Part shown: in pieces, positions 40,599 to 51,468 of the stretch
How positions within the stretch are numbered: position 1 is the first letter of the stretch
How the letters are laid out: every line of letters starts with the position of its first letter
Origin: an uncultured Pseudomonadota bacterium
GTDB taxonomy: Bacteria > Oederibacteriota > Muellerivitia > Muellerivitales > Muellerivitaceae
Length of the DNA: 64,000 bases
Direction: 5' to 3'
Assembly (NCBI GenBank): GCA_963843375.1
Contig: CAWJKT010000014.1
Location: 1 to 64,000, forward strand
Translations under genes and position numbers: made by a program
The notes under the pieces: model-generated
Told to the model about the DNA's origin: nothing
The model's input: the letters and a program-made list of their open reading frames with translations, nothing else
Database searches by the model: none

Positions 40599-41875
40599 AG
40601 AAGTTTATTTTGCCTCCGAATTAATTTATATCCCAGTATCCCGATAGAAAAATACCAGAAAAATGAAAAGCAAATAATACGCAAGTCATCAAGAGTCCAG
40701 GGAAATGTTCCGGTTTTTAGTATGTTATTTAATCCCTTGAGGTTGCTTGGCCCTTGTTGAAAAGGGCGTAGGTAATCCAAAGTGAAATAGTGATACTTCA
40801 AAAAAGCTATCAAAGAAATTCCGGACGAAAAAAGAATATGAGACAAGGACATTGTTTTTCTTTCTAGTATCCATGCGATCGCAAGTATAAAAACAATATC
40901 GTCCGCATCACAGTGGTAAACCCAAATCGAAGAAATCAAAGCGGTCAGAGTGAAAACGCCAAGGTCATCCGTGTGATTGGCTTTAATTAGTACAAGGATC
41001 AACAGGAGAAGTGACAAACAACTGATAAGGTAAGGTATCCAGACTGGTTTTCCATGCAGCAAAGCCCAAAAAGCGAAAAGATCGTACTCGCCGCTATTGA
41101 TGATTCCATTGGAGCACCATTTGATGAAAGCGGTGGAAAAATAAAAAATGGGTTGATGAAACCAAACGGAAATAAGTCCATTCAAGATTAAGTGAAAGCC
41201 AAAAGCAACGAGGACATTTTTCCATACTCGTTTGTAAACGAGGTAATAAAAGCACATTGGAAGGGTTAAGGAATATTTGTATAAAGCCAATGCTAGGGCC
41301 AGACCTGAAAAAAACGGTTTTTTTCCTTCGCTTAATCTCAAGGATAAAATGAAAAAACAGAGACTCCAGATTGCGTTTTGGCCCCAATAAATATCATCCC
41401 GCCATGGGATGGAGCAAACCATGGCCACTAACAGAAATAGAAAATGTTTCTTCGAACAAAATAATGTTGATATTTCTTTAGCTAAAAGGCAAGTCAGAAT
41501 GAGGTTTAAGAGCAACCATAGCCATTTTGCAGTTATCCAATTCACCAGTGTGAAAGGGGCCAAAAAGGAATAACAACTAGGGGGGTATCGGGGGCAAACA
41601 TCAAAAGGGTCAACAAAGTCACAAGCTGAAATGGCTAATGCCGATACTTGTTTATAGACATCTGTACTATATATATTTTGACCGTTTAGCAGGAATTTTG
41701 CATTGAATAAGTAGTTACGCAAATCATAACTAGCGCCTTTTGCGACAAAAGTTGCGTGGATACAATAAAAAAGGGAAAAGATAAAAGAAAAAGTGACAAA
41801 ACCTTTTATTAATGTTTGGGTGAAGGAAATTGGATTTTTCTTCGGGATAACTTCAGTTTTTTTAATCATTTTCAA
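40595..41875 (-). CDS. GT87/DUF2029-like GT-C membrane glycosyltransferase, tandem copy B
   Basis: 'YDL..Y', 'PRYPPS', 'APF', 'GQ', 'LALYKY', 'YHCDAD'. Confidence 0.78.
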   Translation of the reverse strand: MKMIKKTEVIPKKNPISFTQTLIKGFVTFSFIFSLFYCIHATFVAKGASYDLRNYLFNAKFLLNGQNIYSTDVYKQVSALAISACDFVDPFDVCPRYPPSCYSFLAPFTLVNWITAKWLWLLLNLILTCLLAKEISTLFCSKKHFLFLLVAMVCSIPWRDDIYWGQNAIWSLCFFILSLRLSEGKKPFFSGLALALALYKYSLTLPMCFYYLVYKRVWKNVLVAFGFHLILNGLISVWFHQPIFYFSTAFIKWCSNGIINSGEYDLFAFWALLHGKPVWIPYLISCLSLLLLILVLIKANHTDDLGVFTLTALISSIWVYHCDADDIVFILAIAWILERKTMSLSHILFSSGISLIAFLKYHYFTLDYLRPFQQGPSNLKGLNNILKTGTFPWTLDDLRIICFSFFWYFSIGILGYKLIRRQNKLL

Positions 41876-43163
41876 TAAGCTCTTCGTTTTTTTTAGAAAT
41901 CAACGTGTGCCCCATTATAAGTATAGATAAATACCAAAAGAGAGAATAAACGATTGCGATAACGGTGTGTAGGTTCTGATGAAAATAGGATAAATTTGGG
42001 TTTATCAAAGAGTTCGTAATGTTTTCGGATTGAGAAATTGAAGAGGCCTGATCTCCTGGCAAATAGTTGCCGCGCAAATAGCCCACAAAAAATATACCTA
42101 CAGAAAAAAGGACAAGTGAAAAATCCAGATGTTTTCTTGTTAAAATCCATGCCACGGGCAGAACAATAACAGTAAAATCTGACTCGCTGTGATAAGTCAA
42201 AACTGTGGCAACCATCGAGCTTAATGCAAGGACTCCGAGGTCATCTTGGGGTAATTTTTCTTTTTTATATAAAAAAAATAAAAATATTAAAAGCGTGATT
42301 CCGGCACCCAAAAAAGGTACCCAACTTAATTTTCCTTCGATTAAGAACCAAAATCGGAAAAAATCGAATCGACCATCTTCTATGATTCCATTGTTGCACC
42401 ACTTAAGGGTGGACATGAAAAGATAAAAAATTGATTTGTGTAATTTTAAGGAAATGATGAAATGAATCGCGAAATGAATCCCAAGGGCAGTAATGACGTT
42501 TTTCCAAACCCGTTTATAAACAATGAAATAAAGGCAGAGGGGGCCAGTTAAAGTGTACTTCAATAAAGCTAGAGACAAAGCGATTCCTGAAAAAAGGAAT
42601 TTCTTCTGTCCGCTGAATTTAATGGATAATATAAAAAACCCAAAACTCCAAATGGCGGTTTGGCCAAAACAGATATTTGCTCGCCATGGTTCGGAAAAAA
42701 TTAGAGCCGCTAGTAGAAAATAAAAATATTTTCCGTAACAAAATAAATCGGAAATTTCTTTCGCCAATGAGAAGGTCAAGAACAAGCTAACAATAAGCCA
42801 TAAGCATTTTGCCGTAGGCCAATTGAGTAAAGCGAATGGGGCCAATAGGGCATAACAACTTGGGAAATAGCGCGGGATCATGTCAAAAGGTTCTAGGTCG
42901 TATTTTTTGCTAGATATAGTCGACATTTGATTGAAAGTGGAAAGATCATAAATATTGATGCCGTTTATAAGATTTTTAGCATTGAGCCAATGTATGTTGA
43001 AATCGTAGCAACTATTTCCGAACAATACAAAATCAACACATTTGAAAAGGATATAAATACAAGGTAAGGCAATTGACCATTTGAGGAAACGAAAGGAATT
43101 GCGAAGGGACCAAGCTATTTTTTTATAGTTTATATCTTTCATTGAAATCCAATCTTTAGTCAA
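41862..43163 (-). CDS. GT87/DUF2029-like GT-C membrane glycosyltransferase, tandem copy A
   Basis: 'YDF', 'PRYFPS', 'APF', 'GQ', 'LALLKY', 'YHSESD'; start may be ATG 43142. Confidence 0.78.
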   Translation of the reverse strand: MTKDWISMKDINYKKIAWSLRNSFRFLKWSIALPCIYILFKCVDFVLFGNSCYDFNIHWLNAKNLINGINIYDLSTFNQMSTISSKKYDLEPFDMIPRYFPSCYALLAPFALLNWPTAKCLWLIVSLFLTFSLAKEISDLFCYGKYFYFLLAALIFSEPWRANICFGQTAIWSFGFFILSIKFSGQKKFLFSGIALSLALLKYTLTGPLCLYFIVYKRVWKNVITALGIHFAIHFIISLKLHKSIFYLFMSTLKWCNNGIIEDGRFDFFRFWFLIEGKLSWVPFLGAGITLLIFLFFLYKKEKLPQDDLGVLALSSMVATVLTYHSESDFTVIVLPVAWILTRKHLDFSLVLFSVGIFFVGYLRGNYLPGDQASSISQSENITNSLINPNLSYFHQNLHTVIAIVYSLFWYLSILIMGHTLISKKNEELIEND

Positions 43164-43246
43164 AATCTTTCAATAAACTTTGCTTTCAAAATGGCAGTAA
43201 ATAGCAAATCGATTAGCCCGCAGAAATGAAGAATCTTTCGCTAGCT

Positions 43247-44452
43247 TTAATGCGCTAATTGTTCGAACACCCATTTTGTGACTATGGATGTTCTTCTCAT
43301 TAATGGGCGCTCAACGAGCCGAAAAGTCGTAAAACTTATCAGCATTAAAAATATAGTGATTATGCCAATCCAGGTCCAATGCATCCATAAGGAGAATTTC
43401 TTTGCTTCGTTCATATTGAAAATAAAGTTAAATGTTACGAAGAGAATTATTCCGTGGAGCAAATAGATGCTATAGGTCATTTCACCTAAATTTCGAGAAA
43501 GCGGGTGGACCAAAATGCCAAATATACTGTTTCCGCAGGCGATAAGAATAAAGGCCAGTGACAACAGAAGAAGTGGAATAAGCCCCCAAGCCGATGGAAA
43601 CTCTATAACTGTTATAGAAATTAAACCAATAATGAAAATAGAAGAAAAATTTTTTTTGGAAAATTTGCGAATGGAGGTAAAGCGAAAGAGGCACGAGGCT
43701 AATATTCCTCCGCAAAAAGATAATAGTGGAAATGTATCAAGAGGGAATTTTAGAAAAAATAACAAAGTCACCAAACTGAGAAGAACATAGGGTAGCGGCG
43801 GGGAAACCCTGACCGTAAAGGCAAGAATGGGGAGCAATAAATAAAAAAACCATTCATAAGGCAATGTCCATGTAACCCAGGCGTCAATAGTCGCTGTGTT
43901 TTCGATGCCATTCAAGTCGGGTGCGCCATGAACTGAGAATCCAAGCCAGTGAATTATCCCTCTAGCGAGCGCTAGGGGCGGTACTTTTAAAATACCTTTA
44001 GATAAAATAAAAACAATGAGGAAAATAATGAAAACTGAAAACCAGTAAATAGGAACGAGCCGTAAAAGCCTAGAGACAAAAAGTTTTGACCAATCTATGC
44101 TACTGTTTCTGCCGTTGATCAGTTTCGAAAAAAACAAAAACCCCGTGATCATGAAAAAAAACGCTACGGAACTTGATCCCATGTGATCATATAAATTGGA
44201 AGGTGGACTGTTTTCCCATACGCCTGTCCGTAAATAGTAGTACCAAACTCTAGAATGGCTTATAAAAACAAAAAAAGCGAGAAAACCTCGCAAACCATCA
44301 ATAGTGGCGAATCGATCTTGATTAAGGGGTTCTCCAAAATATCGGTTTAACAAAAAAATGGTGAAGAACGCGGTGAATAATGTGGTGATGATGGGCAACG
44401 CGTTTGCGAGTGCTGTTTCCAAAGAGAAGACCTCGAAATGAAGAGCCGACAT
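43247..44452 (-). CDS. Acyltransferase-3 (OafA-like) O-acyltransferase
   Basis: 'IDGLRG', 'SH', 'VAFFFMITGFL', 'RLLRL', 'WTLPYEWFFY', 'YSIYLLH', 'VERP'. Confidence 0.92.
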   Translation of the reverse strand: MSALHFEVFSLETALANALPIITTLFTAFFTIFLLNRYFGEPLNQDRFATIDGLRGFLAFFVFISHSRVWYYYLRTGVWENSPPSNLYDHMGSSSVAFFFMITGFLFFSKLINGRNSSIDWSKLFVSRLLRLVPIYWFSVFIIFLIVFILSKGILKVPPLALARGIIHWLGFSVHGAPDLNGIENTATIDAWVTWTLPYEWFFYLLLPILAFTVRVSPPLPYVLLSLVTLLFFLKFPLDTFPLLSFCGGILASCLFRFTSIRKFSKKNFSSIFIIGLISITVIEFPSAWGLIPLLLLSLAFILIACGNSIFGILVHPLSRNLGEMTYSIYLLHGIILFVTFNFIFNMNEAKKFSLWMHWTWIGIITIFLMLISFTTFRLVERPLMRRTSIVTKWVFEQLAH

Positions 44453-44700
44453 CGATTTTGATTATTGAGCGTAAGAATCTTGTTATAAATGAAAAGAATA
44501 TTACAAGCCGCCTATCGCAAAAAAGTAAACTCATTTATGCCACGGTCGATTCTACTGCAAAACCTTAATGACAAAGGCTAAAACTTGAAGGCGATTCTTC
44601 CGTATCTATCTCAATCTATCGCATTTTTCCTGAAGTGTTTAACCCTTTTTTGTTTTAATTCCAAGCTAGGGGGTTAAAGCGTACTATTAATAAATTTATT

Positions 44701-46788
44701 TTGGCTGGCAATGAGAGTTGTTCGTCTGAAAGAAAAAATGGTCAGAGACCAATGGGAAAAAGGTTAATGGTAAAACTAAATCACGAAAGTTCCTCAAGAT
44801 TATTATTTAAGGCAGTAATAGGCTTGTTCCTATTCAGTTTTATTCAACAATCTTTTTTAAATGATCTGATATTTAACGGAGATTTGGATTTATTGGATAA
44901 TTCCAAATTGTATATTTTTAATTATATGTTGAAAGAAAAAATGTTTTTGGGTGTTCAATCTTTTTTTACCTACGGTCCATTAGCTCAATTTCTTTTAGTG
45001 GCAAGGGGGGGTGTGAGTATTTTAATTTATGCGGGTCTGTTTTCCATTTATTACGTTACGCTTATTCCATTGCTAAAAAAAGTTTCATTGAAATTTAACT
45101 GGATGCGGATTGTGTTCTGTTTTTTCGCTTTTTTAGTAATCGCCTATCCACTTGTTTATGACTATGAGTATTTTCCGCTCGATTTAATCATTGTTTTATT
45201 AACTTTGAATTATTACTTGAATGTGGGCGACCAAAAATTAAGAAGGCGTTATTTTTTATTTTTGACCCTTATCACAATAGTATCGATGTTGTTTAAGTTT
45301 TCGACAGGGTTTGATGCTTTAGGCGTCTGGCTCATAATGTTAACAACCGAAGCTCTGATTCAATTTGATTTAAAATTTATTTTTTTTCAAACATTAAGTC
45401 TTGTTTTGGGGTTATTTCTTTTATTTTTCTTCGTAACGGGGAGTATTCTTTTGTGGCAATACTTGTGGATGGGATTTGAAACGAGTTCCGTTTATTCAGA
45501 AATCGATGGCTATGATTTTCCGGTGCCTTTTTATTCCCAAATTATTTATTTGATCGGTTTAGTGCCAGTATTAATATTTTTCAGCTTTTCTGTTTTTTTG
45601 TCGTACCAACGCATATCAAAACACACTTTGCGGTTTTGTTTTTTGGCGTCGATATTATGGCAAGCCTATTGTCTTTATAAACATTGTTTTGTAAGGGCTG
45701 ACTTTTACCACGTTTTTTTGATAGCGTTTCTGCTGGCTCCACTTCTTTTTATCATCGGGTTTTTGTTGTTTCCGTCGGCGCACGATTCAAAAGAAAAATG
45801 GTTCAAATATTTCGCTTTTGGGATACTTATCTTGATTCCTGTGACGATGCCAGCCCTGGATTTTTTTGGTATTTTTGCCGAGAGTGAATTTGGAAAAGAA
45901 CCAACCGTGATAAAAAACGCCACAAAACATTTACTTTTAACTCCTTTTTATAACGCTTATGGTCTCTTAAAAGATCCCTCTTTCTTTTATCGTCAAAGGG
46001 ATCTGTCGATTTCGCGGACGATTGAAAGCAGCTTTCCGGAGCTTGCCGAACGTTTAAGGAGAATAAGAAGTTCTTATCAGGGCCCTGGCGAACCAACAAT
46101 TACCTTTGCGCCTTGCTCGTACCTGTTGGAAAGCTTGGCTCCGGGTTTCAAATGTCGGCCTTATCCTTCCTTACAATTATATGCTGCTACAACGGACCAA
46201 GAATTGAACGAATTGGACAGTCGCTTTTTGACATCGACTGATTCGCCGGATTTCATTGTTTTGGACCGGGAAACGGTCGACGATAGAAATTCCATTTCGG
46301 AGTTCACGCCTTGGTTAGTAAATATTTTAAAAAAATACAGAATTTTAGAAAAGTGCGACGGTCAACTGATCCTGAAAAAAGATACTCACCTTCAAATAGG
46401 AATCGAAGAGAAATCTACCGGTCCAGGTTTGTTTTTTAGGGCTCAAATAGGGCCAATGAAAATATGGCAAGAAATTGTATTTAAAATCTGGACAATTTTA
46501 TTCAAGTCGCCTCAGTTTAATATTTACATTGAGGCGGAAAATATGAACGGTGCCAAGAATATCCTTTGGAACCGAGCTTTTTATAGCCAACTAAAGATGG
46601 GTGCTTTTGTTTCTTTTCAACCCATTGATTCAGTGATAGAAAGTTGCGTTAAGGATAATAACGAAAACACGACTTGGACTAAGGTGACGAAAGCCGAATT
46701 GATTCAAAATGACAGTATTATTTATTGTCCATTGTTGCCTAAAGTTATGGATCTAAATATTACTTATTGTCGGCCGTTTAGGTATTAA
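44701..46788 (+). CDS. Large polytopic membrane protein with C-terminal soluble domain (GT-C-like, function unknown)
   Basis: About 11 TMs, 'FTYGPL' loop, 'KFSTG', 'FVRAD..H', then about 300-aa hydrophilic domain; start probably 44752 or 44768. Confidence 0.6.
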   Translation: MAGNESCSSERKNGQRPMGKRLMVKLNHESSSRLLFKAVIGLFLFSFIQQSFLNDLIFNGDLDLLDNSKLYIFNYMLKEKMFLGVQSFFTYGPLAQFLLVARGGVSILIYAGLFSIYYVTLIPLLKKVSLKFNWMRIVFCFFAFLVIAYPLVYDYEYFPLDLIIVLLTLNYYLNVGDQKLRRRYFLFLTLITIVSMLFKFSTGFDALGVWLIMLTTEALIQFDLKFIFFQTLSLVLGLFLLFFFVTGSILLWQYLWMGFETSSVYSEIDGYDFPVPFYSQIIYLIGLVPVLIFFSFSVFLSYQRISKHTLRFCFLASILWQAYCLYKHCFVRADFYHVFLIAFLLAPLLFIIGFLLFPSAHDSKEKWFKYFAFGILILIPVTMPALDFFGIFAESEFGKEPTVIKNATKHLLLTPFYNAYGLLKDPSFFYRQRDLSISRTIESSFPELAERLRRIRSSYQGPGEPTITFAPCSYLLESLAPGFKCRPYPSLQLYAATTDQELNELDSRFLTSTDSPDFIVLDRETVDDRNSISEFTPWLVNILKKYRILEKCDGQLILKKDTHLQIGIEEKSTGPGLFFRAQIGPMKIWQEIVFKIWTILFKSPQFNIYIEAENMNGAKNILWNRAFYSQLKMGAFVSFQPIDSVIESCVKDNNENTTWTKVTKAELIQNDSIIYCPLLPKVMDLNITYCRPFRY

Positions 46789-46850
46789 AAATACAATTTC
46801 ATTTCGATTTTAGCTGAAATGCATCAAATATTATATTTGCATATTTTCTA

Positions 46851-48278
46851 TTACTGCCGATTGATGAAGGGCCAAGAACCTAGTAGAAATATGAACAGGG
46901 CGAAACCGAGTAATTGAATCCAAGCCCAGCGATCCGCAGTGTGTTGGCCCGAGAGATGCCCCGAAAAACGCTTTGTTTGAAAGCCCATCCAACCAATAAT
47001 AAGAATGGGCGTCAAAAGAAAAATAAACTCAAGGCAGTGAAAACTTGGCATGGAGGACAAGAAGTCTCCCATTGTTTTTCCGCCTGGATACATGAGTAAC
47101 ATTGAAGAGTCGACATTTTCATCCTTAAATTCGCCTGGAACGCTCAATAGAAAAACGAACGAAAACCAATAGGGCAAACGGGTCAAAGCGCGATGAAGCC
47201 ACGGGGGAAGCGCGGGTTGGATTGAGGAGGCCACTTGGGCACAGAGATAGAACCATGGGGAAAGCCATAAAAGGTATTGTGGAAGCCAAATTTTTATTAA
47301 AAAAACGATAGGTAATGCCAAAAGAGGAATACGCATTACAGTTAGGGGCCACTGATCCGGTTCGATCAGGCGGAGGAGAAAAAGCCGAAAACGGGCGAGG
47401 ATAGATCGAATAAAATGTGACATGATCAATAATAAGGTCAGAAATCCCATGAAGGTCCAAAAAACACCTTGATGGGAAAGAAAGATTCTCCGGTAACTTT
47501 TTTGAATGATTTCGAATAAATAGGTGGACTCCGAGTGGGAAGAAAGTAGATAACTTTGTTGAAGAGCTGGACTATAAATTATGAATATCGGAAGAAGGAC
47601 AGGAACGAGAAAAAAGAAAGCTCCGCGCAATGCGGCGCCCCGACGGTTGGAAAAAATGAGCAAAAGGAAATAAATCCCCGCTAAAAGAGAAGGAAAGTTC
47701 TTAAGGGCAGTTCCAAGACCTAGAAAAAAGAAGGCCGTATCCACGTTTCCCTTTTGATCGAGATCCATAAGCCGTTCTATGGCCCAAAGGCAGAAGAATG
47801 TGGGAATGATGTCGAATTGCCCCATGGTGGTAGAGATGAAAAGAATGACCGGTTGGGAAAGCAGCAAAAGGAACCGATTTCGAGCTTGAAAATGAGCCAG
47901 TATCTTTTCACCGATCCAAGCGGCTCCGAAAATCCAAGGAAGATAAAAGGATTTAAAGAACAAATATTCGACGACAGTGAGGATTCGTGGGAAAGCCCCA
48001 TCTGCATATTGGAAAAGCCCAAAGCTGTTTCCAAGGCGCATCCAAGCGCCGATTATCCAATAAATAAGCGGTGGGTAAGTCAGTTTAGTAAGTTCGTTTG
48101 GGTATTGGGCGGCAATTCGGGTATAGATATCGAGCCCGTCGAAAGTGAAATGTGATACCCAAGCGATGTAATAGGTATCAACGAATCCGAATAGCGCAGA
48201 AGTCACAAGATAAATAAACAAAAAAAAGCCCACAAAACCGATGCGGGACCAGGAGAGAGCAGAAGGGTTACAATTCAT
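46851..48278 (-). CDS. GT-C fold membrane glycosyltransferase (GT87-like)
   Basis: 'YPPL', 'GQFDIIP', 'ALK', 'PQYLLW'. Confidence 0.7.
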   Translation of the reverse strand: MNCNPSALSWSRIGFVGFFLFIYLVTSALFGFVDTYYIAWVSHFTFDGLDIYTRIAAQYPNELTKLTYPPLIYWIIGAWMRLGNSFGLFQYADGAFPRILTVVEYLFFKSFYLPWIFGAAWIGEKILAHFQARNRFLLLLSQPVILFISTTMGQFDIIPTFFCLWAIERLMDLDQKGNVDTAFFFLGLGTALKNFPSLLAGIYFLLLIFSNRRGAALRGAFFFLVPVLLPIFIIYSPALQQSYLLSSHSESTYLFEIIQKSYRRIFLSHQGVFWTFMGFLTLLLIMSHFIRSILARFRLFLLRLIEPDQWPLTVMRIPLLALPIVFLIKIWLPQYLLWLSPWFYLCAQVASSIQPALPPWLHRALTRLPYWFSFVFLLSVPGEFKDENVDSSMLLMYPGGKTMGDFLSSMPSFHCLEFIFLLTPILIIGWMGFQTKRFSGHLSGQHTADRWAWIQLLGFALFIFLLGSWPFINRQ

Positions 48279-48386
48279 GGGGCACTTGCAAGTTTTTTAT
48301 GGTTTTTAATTTGATAAGGAAACCAATCCCATAACAAAAATTGACCCGAACTTTATATATCGATACACGTTATATAATATCTAACT

Positions 48387-49553
48387 TTACCAAAGGCTCC
48401 ATCTATTAATTTTTCTATTTAAATATTCTCGAACTTCAAATGTTCGTCTTTCGAAAAGGTACCAAAGCGTAAGAGAATAAATTAAAACTAAGGCTATAAG
48501 CGCAAAGAAATTTAAGTAGTTTCTTAAAGAAGGTTGGGAGATTGCGGGCGACATGAAAGTGAAAAAAATGAAAGTTAACAATGGGAAATGAGTCAAATAC
48601 AATGTATATGAAATTTCCGAAAGCCAATGAGCCGTTTTTTTGTACCAATAATCATTAAGTTGATGGGTCGATAGAAAAGGCAGGGTTCCGGCGAAGGTAA
48701 TCCCTATAAGTCCATATTGTGTATAAAGTTCTGGTTGGAAGATTTTGCCAATTGTACCCTTCAGCAACTCCAAATGACCAATCACTAGGATTGCGAAAAA
48801 AGAGGATAATGCAAAGGAAAAGAATATAAAATTTCCAGTCAACTGCACAAAAAATTTATTTTTCATTCCCCAATAAACTAAGACCCCCATTAACCAAACG
48901 ATCCCACGATGAATTATGTTTTTGGGCAAAAATAATAGTAGGGTGATAATTGTGCCCGCGTAAAAAATCCTATTTTTTTTATTTTTATTGTTGAATAGCG
49001 ACAGACAAAAGACAGGGAAAAGAATGTAGTACCAAAATTCATAATTTAGACTCCAAAGCGGAACATTTGTGCCATAAGTTGAGCAAAAGGTTGGATAGAG
49101 AAAAAAAATGTTTCCAAGGAATGTTTTTAAGCTGGCTGAGTATCTGTCTTGAGATTGATCATATTCAAAAAAAGAATGAAATCGGCCAATAAAAATTTCA
49201 TGTCCATTTTTTAACTCGTTGAAAGAATCCCAGAAAAGAGTCAAAAAAAGAGCCGGTATTAAAACGATCCAAAGCCGAGTTAGTCTGTTGCGAGTATAAT
49301 CGGCCCAAGACCAGCGATCCCTTTGAATGCACTCGATAACGGAACCTCCGACAAGGAAACCGCTCAAAACAAAAAAAATCATTACAGCTTCGGTCCCTAA
49401 TCCAGTAAAAAAATTAAATACCCGGTCAAATAAATTTGGGTTATTGCTTAGGTCATTAAACTGGAAGTTCTTTAAGTGGTGCCCTAAAACCAAAAGGGCT
49501 GAAACCCCTCGGACGAAGTCCAGGTTTGTGTTTCGGCTGAGTTGGTTATCCAT
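48387..49553 (-). CDS. Acyltransferase-3 (OafA-like) O-acyltransferase
   Basis: 'LDFVRG', 'HH', 'VMIFFVLSGFL', 'RLTRL', 'WSLNYEFWYY', 'SYTLYLTH', 'FER'. Confidence 0.92.
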   Translation of the reverse strand: MDNQLSRNTNLDFVRGVSALLVLGHHLKNFQFNDLSNNPNLFDRVFNFFTGLGTEAVMIFFVLSGFLVGGSVIECIQRDRWSWADYTRNRLTRLWIVLIPALFLTLFWDSFNELKNGHEIFIGRFHSFFEYDQSQDRYSASLKTFLGNIFFLYPTFCSTYGTNVPLWSLNYEFWYYILFPVFCLSLFNNKNKKNRIFYAGTIITLLLFLPKNIIHRGIVWLMGVLVYWGMKNKFFVQLTGNFIFFSFALSSFFAILVIGHLELLKGTIGKIFQPELYTQYGLIGITFAGTLPFLSTHQLNDYWYKKTAHWLSEISYTLYLTHFPLLTFIFFTFMSPAISQPSLRNYLNFFALIALVLIYSLTLWYLFERRTFEVREYLNRKINRWSLW

Positions 49554-49897
49554 GGAGTTCCTTTGAGGGTAACTTTACTTCTCGAATGGTACGTAATTCC
49601 AGTAAAAACAGGACCGAAAGCGTAACGCGAATGAACAGTAATTTAATTTAAGGCTGTTTCGCTGAAATGCACTAGGCGAGGGCAGGCGGAGCGGTATTGT
49701 AAAAGTCAAAAACATTCGTTTTTGTGATTTGAATTTTTTTAGCTAAAGTTTATATTTTCAACAGTTCCGGGACTTGTTGTTTGAGGCAAGAGCATCTATC
49801 CTCTATTTGTTAATACAAATAGATGTGTTGAAGAAATTTGACTTTGGTTCAGAAAATATCCTACTTCTAAAACAGTACTGATATTTGAAAGGCCTGT

Positions 49898-50368
49898 GTG
49901 GAAACAATAGATTCCGAGTCAGCCAACCTAGAAACCGCTCCTGACGGATGGGTAGATATGGGCGTGGGGAATTGCCGTCTTTACAGGCTTCCGAAAGTTC
50001 AAAATCCAAAGGGTAACTTAGCCATTGTTGAATTTGAAAAGTTTTTGCCGCTACCGGTCAAAAGAAGTTTTTGGGTTTTCAATGTTCCGGCCAAGGAAAT
50101 TCGTGGGGTTCACGCACATAAGGCCTGTCATTTATTCCTGACTTGTTTGGTGGGGCAGGTGACTGTTCTTTTGGATGACGGGGCCAATCGAATCAATGTC
50201 AAACTCGACAATCCCTTCTGTGGATTGCACCTTCAGCCCGGCGTATGGGGCAGCCAACTCGATTTCTCGAAAGACGCCATGCTCCTCGTTTTCGCCTCCC
50301 ACTTGTACGATGCTTCCGATTTCATTCTTAATTACGATGAATATTTAAAACACTCGAAAAAACCTTGA
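49898..50368 (+). CDS. fdtA: FdtA/QdtA cupin, dTDP-4-keto-6-deoxyhexose 3,4-ketoisomerase
   Basis: 'GNL', 'KR', 'RGVHAHK', 'LLDDG', '[10 protein letters not shown]'. Confidence 0.88.
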   Translation: METIDSESANLETAPDGWVDMGVGNCRLYRLPKVQNPKGNLAIVEFEKFLPLPVKRSFWVFNVPAKEIRGVHAHKACHLFLTCLVGQVTVLLDDGANRINVKLDNPFCGLHLQPGVWGSQLDFSKDAMLLVFASHLYDASDFILNYDEYLKHSKKP

Positions 50369-51468
50369 TCCCTTTTCTGGATCTTTACGCATCCTATGCC
50401 GAGCTTCGTGAAGAACTGGACGAAGCTTATCGTCGGGTCATGAAGTCGGGCTGGTACATCCTCGGCCAAGAAGTAGACGCGTTTGAAATTGAATTCGCCG
50501 AATATTGTGGGGTTAAGCACTGCGTCGGAGTAGGAAACGGCCTGGAAGCTCTTCACCTGATTCTTCGTGCCTACCAAATTGGAACAGGTGATGAAGTCAT
50601 CGTCCCTTCCAATACCTGTATTGCGACTTGGATGGCGGTTTCCGCCAGCGGCGCGAAACCCGTGCCGGTTGAACCAGATATTCACACTTATAATATCGAT
50701 CCTTTCCGGATTGAAGCGGCCATCACCCCGAAAACCAAAGCCATAATTCCCGTCCATCTCTACGGTCAACCGGCGGATATGGATCCTATTTTGGAATTGG
50801 CGAAAAAGCATGGTCTGAAGGTGATCGAGGATTCCGCCCAAGCTCATGGCGCAATATACAAAGGTTGCAAGACCGGGTCCCTCGGAGATGCCGCGGGTTT
50901 TAGCTTCTATCCCACCAAAAACCTGGGGGCGCAAGGGGATGGGGGCGCGGTGACGACCAATGATGACGCATTGGCTAATGCCATCAAACGTCTTCGCAAT
51001 TATGGTTCAGTCAAAAAAGATGATAACGAAATCCAGGGCTTCAACTCCCGGTTGGATGAGCTTCAAGCGGCTTTCCTCCGGGTAAAGTTGAAAAGACTGG
51101 ATGAGTGGAATGAAAGAAGAAAACACTTAGTTGGTTTATATCTCAAGGGTCTGGAGAAGGTTTCTGAATTGGTTTTGCCACGAGTGCCGGAATGGGCTGA
51201 ACCGGTTTGGCATCTTTTTGTCGTTAGGACCGATCATCGGAACTCTTTGCGAAAAAGTCTGGAAAAGGAAGGGGTCGGCACATTGATCCATTATCCCGTT
51301 CCGCCCCATCTCACCACGGCCTATATCGAGAGGGGAGGGCTGGAAAATAGGTTTCCAATCGCTTCGAAATTTGCTAAGACGGTTTTGAGCCTTCCCATAG
51401 GGCCCCAGCTCTCTGAGCAACAGGTGACGCGCGTGGTTGATCTTATGGAAAAAGGATTGAAACGATGA
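50365..51468 (+). CDS. fdtB: DegT/DnrJ PLP aminotransferase (FdtB/QdtB-like dTDP-3-amino-sugar transaminase)
   Basis: 'IPFLDL', 'EDSAQAHGA', '[10 protein letters not shown]', '[10 protein letters not shown]'; TTGA overlap with fdtA. Confidence 0.9.
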   Translation: MIPFLDLYASYAELREELDEAYRRVMKSGWYILGQEVDAFEIEFAEYCGVKHCVGVGNGLEALHLILRAYQIGTGDEVIVPSNTCIATWMAVSASGAKPVPVEPDIHTYNIDPFRIEAAITPKTKAIIPVHLYGQPADMDPILELAKKHGLKVIEDSAQAHGAIYKGCKTGSLGDAAGFSFYPTKNLGAQGDGGAVTTNDDALANAIKRLRNYGSVKKDDNEIQGFNSRLDELQAAFLRVKLKRLDEWNERRKHLVGLYLKGLEKVSELVLPRVPEWAEPVWHLFVVRTDHRNSLRKSLEKEGVGTLIHYPVPPHLTTAYIERGGLENRFPIASKFAKTVLSLPIGPQLSEQQVTRVVDLMEKGLKR

